NCBI RefSeq assembly: GCF_030028105.1
Contig: NC_092396.1
Coordinates: 19,365,820 to 19,429,819 of the forward strand
DNA length: 64,000 bases
Source of the DNA: Mobula birostris
Taxonomy: Eukaryota
Direction of reading: 5' to 3'
Shown in pieces: positions 25,201 through 33,454 of the stretch (its first letter is position 1; each line of letters begins with the position of its first letter). A model generated the notes under the pieces. That model had not been told where the DNA came from. It saw nothing but the letters and a program-made list of their open reading frames with translations, and searched no databases. Made by a program: the position numbers and the translations under genes.

Positions 25201-28200
25201 GCTTGATTCTTGTCACTTGGAATGGTCCGCAAAAATGATGGGAAACGTATTTTATCACTCAGAATCTCACCAGATGCCAGGTAACTAATCTGCAGAAGCA
25301 AAGGGGAATACCTGTATTAATGCAGCTTTTCACCACCAACGAAGCCTTCACTGTGTCAGTTTATCTTGCTCCAAGCAGAAACAGAGAAGGCACATAAATC
25401 TGTTTAATAAACAGCAACGACCACAAACACCAGAGGTTCTGCAGATGCTGGAAATCCAGAGCAACACACACACTGAGAGTGGTAATCGTAAAGGAGGGGG
25501 GTTTGCTGTGCTGGTTAAAAACAGATGGTGCAATCCTGGTCATATTACGATCGAGGAACGTGTTTGTAGCCCGGATATTGAACTTTTTGCTGTTGGACTC
25601 CGGCCATATTATTTGCCAAGGGAAATCTCACATGCAATTGTGGTTGTTGTGTACATCACTCCCTCTACCAACACGACGTTGGCGTGTAACATCATTTACA
25701 CCGTTGGGCACAGGACTACATTCAGCCAGAGACTCATTCCACCGCGATGCAGCGCTGAGCGTCATGGGAAGTCATTCCTGCCTGTGGCCATCAAACTTTA
25801 CAACTCCTCCCTTGGAGGGTCGGACACCCTGGGCCAATGGGCTGGTCCTGGACTTATTTCCGTCTGGCATAGTTTACATATTATTATTTGATTGTTTGTG
25901 GTTTTGTATCGCTATGTTTCTACTCTGTTCTTGGTAGGTGCAACTGTAACAAAACCTAATTTCCCCCGGGATCAATAAAGTATGTCTATCTATCTATCTA
26001 TCTAAAATGCTGGAGGATCTCAGCAGGTCAGGCAGCACCTATGGAAAAGAGTAAACAGTCGACATCTCAGTCCTGATGAAGGGTCTCGGCCTGAAACAAC
26101 AACTGTTCACTCTTTTCCATAGGTGCTGCCTGACCTATGGAGTTGCTCCAGCATTTTGAGTGTGTTGCTCTGGATTTCCAGCATCCACAGACTTTCTTGT
26201 GTTTGATATTTCAGAACTCAGCAGGTCAGGGAGCATCAATTTGAGAGGAGAAAACAGTCGTTGTTTCAGGTCGAGACCCTTCATCAGGACCAAATGGCTG
26301 ACCCAGGCAATCTTCTTTGGCTGCTGCTTAAGTTTTACACAATCTGGTTTACAGCAATAAGGCAACAAATGCTAAAGAGGATTGCCTAGCTCAGCCAAAG
26401 GCAGAAGCCACAATATGAGTAGAGAAGGTATGAAATTTGTAATGAGGGTTGAAGACAATATCTTCAGTTTTATGAATACTGGAAGGATTTACAAATTGTT
26501 CAAGATTGGATGTCAATAGAGTACTTTGACAGCATAGAGGAAGTGGTGAAATTGTAAGAGGTGGTACAGACTAGAAACTGAGTGTAACGTAGCAGAATGT
26601 ATTGTACAGTACATTTCAGACCTGCCAGCAGATGTCATTGCGAACATAGAACATAGAACAGTACAGTACATTACAGGCCCTTTGGCCCACAATGTTGTGC
26701 CGACCCTCAAACCCTGCTTCCCATATAACCCCCCCCCCACCTTAAATTCCTCTGAAGGGGCAGTGTGTTTCATTTCTGGCCTGAGCTGTATTTGCTGATC
26801 TTGGCCTAGGTGGTGGGCAGAGGAAAGTCAATAACGTCTTGACCTAATGTCCTCCCCTTCAAAAGGACCACAACCTTGTCATTGGGTTTGGAGGCTTGTG
26901 TGCCTTAATGACCCAGAGAGCTACGTTGGTTGGAGTCAAGGCTTTACGCTTTGGCTCTTGGTAGGGTCATCAATGTCAAAAGGTCAAAGGGTAGAGGCCA
27001 AACTATGAATGAGCCACTGGTCCTCCAGGTTTGGGGGTTCAACTCTGGGCTAACAACCCTAAATGGTAAAACAAAGCTGTTATGGAAACAGCAATGAAGA
27101 AACTCCTTTGTGATGGTATCCCTTAGTCTCCGCCAGGACTTGCGTGACTGACAGCAGGGAAAACCAAGGGGAAGCTACTGGCATGATGAAGGAATCCCTG
27201 AACACCACCAGAGATGGAGAGTCTTCGTTGTTGCCTTAAATGCCTGTCGCGTAACAGGCCGTGAATATCTAATGGTTTCCAAGAATGCTCATGGTCCTCA
27301 AATGCAGTTGCGTAAAATGCTCCAACAAATACCTAATTTCTTTAACATAACTAATGGATGCTTCTGTGACAACAAAGAGGGCTTAGACATCTTCAGGAAG
27401 GAAGGGTCTTGACCCATTGGGAAAAACTTCACCATAAATGGTTCAGAGGGCAAACTAAAGCAGGAACTTTAAATGAGGAAATGATTATACCGTTCATCTA
27501 ACCTTTATGGTAATATTGGGGCTGAGAACTTCGACTACTGCAGTTCAAATATTAACAAACATCATGCTCAAACTCACCTGAGGAATGAGGAAGAAACCTA
27601 ACACTCTAGCAATGATAATAGCTGTATCTGTCGATGGGGGTCCAATAACAGCAATCACCCTGGGCTGATAGGATGTATAATTGTTTAATAACTCCACTTC
27701 TGTTCCTTCTTTGGCCAACAGGAATCTGAACATGGCTTGGATGTCCACAACCTCAAGGCAACTGTCAGCAACATCAAAGCCCAGAGTAACGCCTGGCAAC
27801 AGTTCAGTTGAGTTATTAATTTCCTCAATGGCAAATCTCATCGCTTGGAAAAAGACAAATATCTCTGCCAAGAAAGCAGACCTAAAAGGACATGATTCAT
27901 TTCAGTTAAACTGTCATTGATAAGAAACAGAGAACTGAGAACAGACCCTTTGACCCACAATATCTGTGCCAACCATGCCAATTTAACTAATCGTATCCTA
28001 TGGTTTGGCCCCATATGCCACCTAGGCACTAAGGGTTCAGACGACGATCCTATGGTTTACACGTAGTACTGTCCAGGACTGAGCTATAGCTGGCATTATT
28101 CCATTGTCATAGTCCAATAAATTCAAGGGAATTGGCAACAAGTTGCATTTTTCAAACCAACAAATTCCACAGTGAGTTGTCCAACTACACATCATCTATA

Positions 28201-30494
28201 TATCGCCATTCCTTGACTATGTGCCCGTCTAAAAGCCTCTTAAATGTTATTACTGCACCTGCTTCCATGACCTCCCTGGCAGATGCTGGGTACCTAGTGG
28301 TCCCTGTGTAAAGAAACCTGCCTCCTAAATCTCCTTTGATCTTTCCCCCCTCTTAAAATAGGCCTCTAGTATTTGACTTCTCCAACTTGGGAGAAAGGAT
28401 CTGACTATCTACCCTATCTGTGCCCCTCGTTCTTTCATATATCTCTATTCGGTCACCACTTCAGCACCTGATACTCCAGAGAAAACAGTCCAAATTTGCC
28501 CAGTCTCTCTTTATATCTAATTGCTATCTGGTTCCTGGGAAATAATTTCCACAAGTGTCAGCCATTTGGTCAAGTACTGGGACATGAAAATTGCACGGCC
28601 CTAGTCTGTTCAACTATTGATCGTAAACAAAAATGATGTTCTTGGCTAATGTGGGCAACTGTTCTCTACCAATGTGTCTGACAAACATAGTCATGAGGGG
28701 AGAAAAACACTCAGTGTTGAAGGGTTTTGGGAACCAAAGGCCCAAAGTCACCTGCTTTTCATAAATACACAGCATTCACTACATGTCTCAAGTTATCAAG
28801 CAGACATTTTCCTGAGTTGCTAGAACAATGAATATCTCTATAAAAAATTTGACCCAGTTTTAACCTGAGATGCAAACCTCTAGCAGCTGGATAGTAATGT
28901 TACAACAGTCATTACGATTGAATGGCAAGGATCCAAGGGTATGTTCAGCTGCACAAAACAACATCATTCAGGTGGACTGCAGCTGTTGTTATCACTAATC
29001 TAAGCAAACTCAGTGTTGTGAGCCTGTTACCTGCCTGGCTAATGTTCAACTCTGAAAAAATCTGCCCGGCGATGTCGAAACATCACGAAACTCCAGACTG
29101 TGATCAGAATGTTCTGTCTCCTGCTGGGGTCTTCAGCTCTGCCATGAGAAACCGATACTAAGTTCAGGTAGAGTGAAGGAGACTCCGCAGATGTCAAACC
29201 AAAGGGTGAAATAAAGGCGCATGTGGCCTGAAGTGTCATTGCTACTAGAGTCAGCAACAGTTGGACAACTCATGGTGGAATTTGTGGGTTTGAAACGTGC
29301 AACTTGTTGCCAATTCCCATTAATTTATCAAGACTCCTGGGAGGGGGGAGAAGATGGCGGTGTGACGACAGCGTGCGGGGCCACTTCGGTGATGAATAAC
29401 TGTTATCTGTCAAGTAGGGGACTGTGCACTGTATCTGTCAAGTAGGGGACTGTGCACAATCCTGATTTGATGGAGACAGATGTGAGAGCACAGCGGAACA
29501 TCTGGAAAACTTCTGAAATGTCTGCTTTGCTACCGCTGCTACTGTGTGGTAACCAGAATCTCTGGAGCTGAAGGCCTCGAAATCCTCGGCTTTGCGTGTT
29601 TCAGCGGCTGGGGAGAGGTCGAAAGCGCTCGGCAGAGGATGGCGCTCGGGTGGCTGTATTGGAGAGGCTGTTCGGAAGCTCGGAGTTTTCGGACGGATGG
29701 ATTCAGGGTCAGCTGTGGTCGGCTGCTTCCAAGGTATCGGCAAGTTGACGGTGCCTGAAGGTTTATGGCGGGGAGTTTCTCCCTTTTGCCGCCTGCTATC
29801 GGGGACTCGGGAGTCGATCGACTCGGGGACTTTTGAGACTTTATTTACCGTGCCCATGGTTTGTCCTTCATCAAATTATGGTATTGTTTTGCACTGCTGT
29901 AACTATATGTTATAATTATGTGGTTCTGTCAGTGTTAGTCTTTGGTTTGTCCTGTTTTCTGTGATATCACTCCGGAGAAACATTGTATCATTTCTTAATA
30001 CATGTATGCATTTCTAAATGACAATAAAAGAGGACTAAGTGTTCTCATAATTTAATCTAAAAGACTATGACAATGGAATAGTCCGAGCGAAAACTCAGTC
30101 CTGGATAGTATACTACATGTAAACCGTCCAACTTTTCCAACTAGAATGCAATCATTCGTAGATCATATGTATAAAAATCTACCCACACCCCCACTTGGAT
30201 TATAACTAAGTCTCTAACTTGCTTGATTTCATTCATGACAAGGCAGTTATAGTATCTTTCCAAGGATTAGTTCCACATTAGGATATAAATTTATCCAGCT
30301 GTTACTTACTTCCCACAGCTGGGCACAACTGGCTCCGATCGATCCACATCTTTAAGTGGGAGTGTGTGAATTGGAAACAGGCCCCCAATCACATATTCTC
30401 CCGGTGCGGTTAATATCCTTGTGCATTCTTCTGGGGCGACACTGACGGGCCCCTGTGTTGTGGAGTAAACAAGCAGGGTAAGAAGGAGGTACAT
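3515..30494 (-). CDS. TAS1R1-like: Gene A: taste receptor type 1 (class C GPCR), T1R1/T1R2-type; six exons 30494-30310, 27881-27578, 25289-24522, 17370-17158, 14283-14163, 4446-3515; 2523 nt = 840 aa + stop
   Basis: All five introns are GT-AG with TAS1R phases 2,0,0,0,1 and the joined frame is open. Motifs: GEYVIGGLFPIH, AMRFAIEEINNS, ISYLAS..LSDKIRFPSFLRTIPSD, nine-Cys domain, 7TM with DLPKNYNEAK and C-tail PKCYIIL..FQSCIQDYT (T1R1/T1R2-like). The exact orthologue needs a phylogeny. Confidence 0.93.
4630..5030. repeat. Degenerate minisatellite, period about 65 bp
   Basis: Recurrent units resembling agcatggg-ttagatacag-taaagctccctctacact; about 6 decayed copies. Confidence 0.5.
5028..5306 (+). 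mobile_element. 3' end of a Rex1/Babar- or L2-type LINE
   Basis: Encodes STFSQRLIPPRCNTERHRKSFLPVAIKLYNS; AATAAA followed by a (TATGAC)n tail; matches 25706-26003. Confidence 0.7.
6770..7195. mobile_element. Penelope-like fragments with hammerhead-type motifs, including an inverted-repeat hairpin at 7040-7190
   Basis: CTGATGA/CTGAAGA-stem-(G/A)AAA motifs at 6855-6894(+), 7048-7091(-) and 7143-7186(+). Confidence 0.55.
7266..7292. repeat. (TG)n microsatellite at the end of a Penelope-like fragment
   Basis: Direct reading of the sequence. Confidence 0.9.
9434..12366 (-). mobile_element. Gypsy/Ty3 LTR retrotransposon, internally deleted, two LTRs of about 240 bp (9434-9673, 12120-12366)
   Basis: Similar LTRs; TSD GCAGC at 9429-9433 and 12367-12371; purine tract next to the 3' LTR; decayed RT, RNase H (LACDASPCGIGAV) and integrase (PWQRIDVDFA, DNGPQF) in Gypsy order. 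Confidence 0.88.
12566..13197 (+). mobile_element. Penelope-like element 3' fragment (GIY-YIG C-terminus plus terminal repeat)
   Basis: DLPVAAH...LRLEEIHLVFHLRSLQPDGMNIDF; flanking duplication TTCCCTAAAGGA at 12554-12565 and 13198-13209. Confidence 0.75.
14163..14283 (-). CDS. TAS1R1-like: Gene A exon 5 (cysteine-rich domain; absent from the ORF track)
   Basis: Acceptor ccaacag|GTC; VPFSNCSANCELGQKKVPRGVFPCCFSCEDCPSGTYLNQS; phase-1 donor G|GTAAGT; 121 nt, the same size as gene B exon 5. Confidence 0.93.
14605..14830 (-). mobile_element. Penelope-like terminal repeat fragment
   Basis: Shares the gcaggccaggcagcatct...cagtcgacgtttt.gg.cgagacccttc..caggact block with other copies. Confidence 0.7.
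15327..15520 (+). mobile_element. tRNA-derived SINE
   Basis: A-box-like TAGTGTAGTAG and B-box GGTTCGAATCT; core ttccatc.gtgct.ggttgag.gtcg shared with 18296-18612. Confidence 0.7.
15547..15855 (+). mobile_element. V-SINE (HE1-like)
   Basis: tRNA-like head plus V-domain ttctccccatgactgtgtgggtttcttccgggtgctccagtttcctccca. Confidence 0.7.
16053..16149. repeat. Degenerate 10-bp tandem repeat (CTAAATGTAT)n
   Basis: About 9 imperfect units. Confidence 0.6.
17158..17370 (-). CDS. TAS1R1-like: Gene A exon 4
   Basis: Acceptor tgtctgtcag|TTG; LLSRLKTVKF...YFDENGDPPTGYDIVSW...IHW; donor TTG|GTGAGA; 213 nt. Confidence 0.92.
18030..18098. repeat. 36-bp tandem duplication
   Basis: tttgcaggtggtacctatcatagccagagagaa at 18030 and 18066. 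Confidence 0.9.
18296..18612 (-). mobile_element. Young tRNA-derived SINE with a 15-bp TSD
   Basis: B-box GGTTCGAGACT, (CGCA)n plus A-rich tail, TSD CTCCAATGTCTTTCT at 18281-18295 and 18613-18627. Confidence 0.85.
21673..21925 (-). mobile_element. V-SINE (HE1-like)
   Basis: Reverse-strand V-domain (gtgggaggaaaccagagcacccggaggaaacccatgtgg on plus) and B-box. Confidence 0.75.
22950..23720 (+). mobile_element. L2/Rex-type LINE 3' remnant interrupted by an inverted Penelope-like pair (23279-23590)
   Basis: RYRILKTHTQ*FRNSF-like remnant; duplicated TGAACACTACC at 23261 and 23591. Confidence 0.6.
24522..25289 (-). CDS. TAS1R1-like: Gene A exon 3
   Basis: Acceptor cttctgcag|ATT; ISYLAS...FRWNWVAVIGSDNEYG...VYSAVYAVAYGLHSLLQC...LPWQ; donor CAG|GTAAGG; 768 nt. 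Confidence 0.94.
25474..26003 (+). mobile_element. Internally deleted Rex1/Babar-type LINE inserted in a Penelope-like fragment (25425-26290)
   Basis: Endonuclease piece KGGGFAVLVKNRWC...RPYYLPRE...VVYI joined to the RT C-terminus KSFLPVAIKLYN and a (TATC)n tail. Confidence 0.7.
26850..27262 (+). mobile_element. Probable RTE-derived non-autonomous element
   Basis: RTE-like 5' leader (ctggtcctccaggtttgggggtt...gggctaacaaccct) and RTE-like 3' end (RWRVFVVALNA); recognised from memory only. Confidence 0.4.
27578..27881 (-). CDS. TAS1R1-like: Gene A exon 2
   Basis: Acceptor tccttttag|G; FQAMRFAIEEINNSTELLPGVTLGF...VIGPPSTD...FLIPQ; donor CAG|GTGAGT; 304 nt. Confidence 0.93.
28054..30125. mobile_element. 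Putative DNA-transposon relic bounded by about 60-bp imperfect inverted repeats (28054-28114 and 30063-30125)
   Basis: ggtttacacgtagtactgtccaggactgag...tattccattgtcatagtc versus its reverse complement; contains nested retroelements. Confidence 0.55.
29341..30060 (+). mobile_element. About 0.7-kb non-autonomous retroelement
   Basis: 5' GGAGAAGATGGCGG, 3' AATAAA and aatctaa tail; homologous to 2746-3369 and 58726-59410. Confidence 0.75.
30310..30494 (-). CDS. TAS1R1-like: Gene A exon 1 (signal peptide, start of Venus flytrap domain)
   Basis: ATG at 30494; MYLLLTLLVY...APGEYVIGGLFPIH...VPSCG; phase-2 donor AA|GTAAGT. Confidence 0.9.
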
Positions 30495-30613
30495 TTTTTT
30501 CTGCAGGGAATACGAGAGAGAGAAAGTGCTCTCCACACATGGAGGAAGCTGATGCTTGCCATTTCCACTTTTAAAGAATACTGCACGATGGGTGGCGAGA
30601 GAGACAGACGATT

Positions 30614-30621
30614 GTTTGCAT
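30614..30621 (-). promoter_or_regulatory. Octamer-like ATGCAAAC upstream of gene A
   Basis: 7/8 match in sense orientation, 120 bp upstream of the ATG at 30494; a second near-match GTGCAAAT lies at 30761-30768. Confidence 0.35.
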
Positions 30622-30811
30622 GGATTTGCCTAGCACTCGCTGTTTGCTTAAGTTGGGTGCAATGCAGATGCATTCCCGCCTCATCATTAACATCCCCATC
30701 ACCGACCTTTAGCTGGCCCCATGCATACTCAGGATTGCTGTATTCATGCGGAGTGTTCAGGTGCAAATTAAAATCACGCCCCCACCAGGCATCCCACTCC
30801 ACCGACCTCCC

Positions 30812-31112
30812 ATAAGACCATAACACATAGGAGCAGAATTAAGCCATTTTGGCCCATCGAGTCTGCTCCGCCATTTCATCATGGCTGATCCTTTTCCCTC
30901 CCAACCCCATTTTCCTGCCTCCTCCCTGTAACATTTCATGTCCTGACTGTTCAAGAACCTATCAATCTCCCCCTTAAATATACCCAATGACCTGGCCTCC
31001 ACAGCCACCTGTGGCAATGAACTCCACAGATTTACCACCCTCTGGCTAAGTAAATTCTTCCTCATCTCCGTCCTAAATAATCATCCTTCTATTCTGATGC
31101 TGTGCCCCTGGT
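30812..31112 (-). mobile_element. CR1 LINE 3' fragment
   Basis: SQRVVNLWSSLPQ..VEA and the CR1 tail ataagaccataa on plus. Confidence 0.8.
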
Positions 31113-33454
31113 CATGAGTATTACAGAAATTTTATTTAAAATATAGTATTAATAAAGGAATGAGGAGGGTCTGGGCACAAAGGTACATTTAAAAGTGTTT
31201 TGTACATCCCTTTCTCCTGTAAGTTACAGGCTTGAGTGATGGACGGACCAATGAGGACAAAGAATTCCCTGGAACAGTTGATTCAACCCATAGCCTTCTA
31301 ACTTGTCTACCGAAACCAGACTCAATTAATTTAGCTTCCAGTACCTAAAGCACCAAGGATGGCTGGCCACCTCATTTCTCTTTTCTTGGCCACTACAATC
31401 CCAGCTAAAGTCATGAAGTGGTGATATATTGGGAATGACAGAGGTCTATAGGAGAAATGACATTGTGCCAAAAGCCACAGATGTTCCATAGTTACAATCA
31501 AATCTAATCTTCCCCTCACCTCACACCCACCACCTGGTAGTCAAAACAATGAGCAGGCGGCCTGATTGCTTAAAATCCACCCAACTCAATTTCTGAATCC
31601 TACCGAAAATCAACAAGACTACACAGGTCTGCTCATACAACACATACCTGATACATTCTGCCGTGAGATGCTTTGGAATTCTGCACAGAAGACGGCTTTT
31701 TCCAACATTCCAAGCAGATGACCCCTCCAATCTGGAGCAAATCCTTCTAGTAGAAGGCTAAAAGGAGAAGCCAAACTGGACTGTAAAGCACGTAGATGAT
31801 ACAAATCATCATGTTAAACTGCAGAAAGTCAACCAGTCAGACTGAAAACTACTGCCAATGGATCCTATTAAGTACGGGACAATTAACAAGACAGACCATC
31901 CTCCACCGGTTTCTAAGTCGAAGCACATTGTTCCCCAGAAAGTCAAAGTTCAAAGTATATTTATTATCGAGGTATGTACATTATATGCAACCTTGAGATT
32001 TGTCTCCTTACAGGCAGCCACAAAACAAAGAAACCCAATAGAACTCATTTTAAAAAATGTCAAATACCCAAAACATACCAAATCGTGTAAACAATAAAAG
32101 TAAGCTAATAATGTTCAGAACAGAAGCTCACAAAAGTGAGTCCGCAGCCATGAAGCCAGTCATCACTGCAGCCGATGCAGGAGCCCACTTGTTGCAGGCC
32201 GCAGCCTCAGCTCAGCCCAGAGACGAGCAAACCTGACAGAGCAGCGACCCCCTCACCTCCGGCCCCAACACCCTGACCTCGATCTGGCTCGGCACTTGAG
32301 TCAGCCAACCCTCGGGTCGTTCCTCACTCTTGGACCTGGGCCGTGTTGCTTTGATAGTCTCTTGGGTTCAGGCCCCACCACCTTGATGCTGTCCCTCCTC
32401 AGTTCTGCCGCGTCGAATTGGCTCTAGGTCTGCTCCAGCAATAGCCAAAGATCGACTCCCTTTCCATTGCTAAAACGGCAACATTAGCAGCTAGCTGTAA
32501 TAATAGATTATCTTCTCCATTTCCAGAATATGCCTGCAGTCATAGATTAAGTGTGAAGGTCTTTTTAACATATCCCAGGGCACACTTAGACCCACAATTT
32601 TGAGTCCCCTTTGCTCGTTCTATATCAGGATTATGTTACCATTCTATCTTCTGAAGCAACAAACCCACGGCTGATGTGAAACCACTGTACTCATTCAGCT
32701 GTTAACCCAAGAACTGAACTAATGCACTTCAGCTCAGGCCAATGTTAAAAGCGACTATGCTTTGCCTTCGACATCCCCCTCCCCTTCAAATGTCCGAGCT
32801 GACAAGAATGGGTATGGTATAGATTTAGCAAAATGATAGTTAGGTATGCTGAGTAACACACACACACACACACAAATGTTGGAGAAGCACAGCAATCCTG
32901 ATGAAGGGTCTCACCTGAAACGCTGACTGTTAATTCCCCTCCTTAGATGCTGCCTGACCTGCGGAGTTCCCCTGGCGTTTTTTTGTGTGTTAATTTGGAT
33001 TTCCAGCATTTGCAGACTTGCTTGTGTATATGGCTAAATATGTTTTTCTGATACTTCCGTAGTTTCATGGCAATCACGACAAGTAGTAAACACCTTCACA
33101 AAAACTAAACTTACATTTTTTTTTAAATGTACCCACCAAGTGGATTTTAAATTCATGTCTCTAGGCTTATAGATTCTACTCCTGTACCTTAAATAGTCTA
33201 TCTCCAAAGCCCTCAATTAGACCAGATCATCATTCTAAAGAAGACATTTGCAGGACAATAATAAAAGCCATGAGCAGGCCAAATTGTCAATAAGCATGAA
33301 CGTATCTTTGGACAGGTACCAGACGTGTAGTCCTCCTGATAACCCATTGTCTTTGACCTGTGAATCAGCAGTGAATGAGTGAAACCAACCAAAGCTTGAA
33401 CGTCAGCCTCTGATAAGAGTTTGTAGCCATGATGGACTGAATAGTTGTTGGGAA

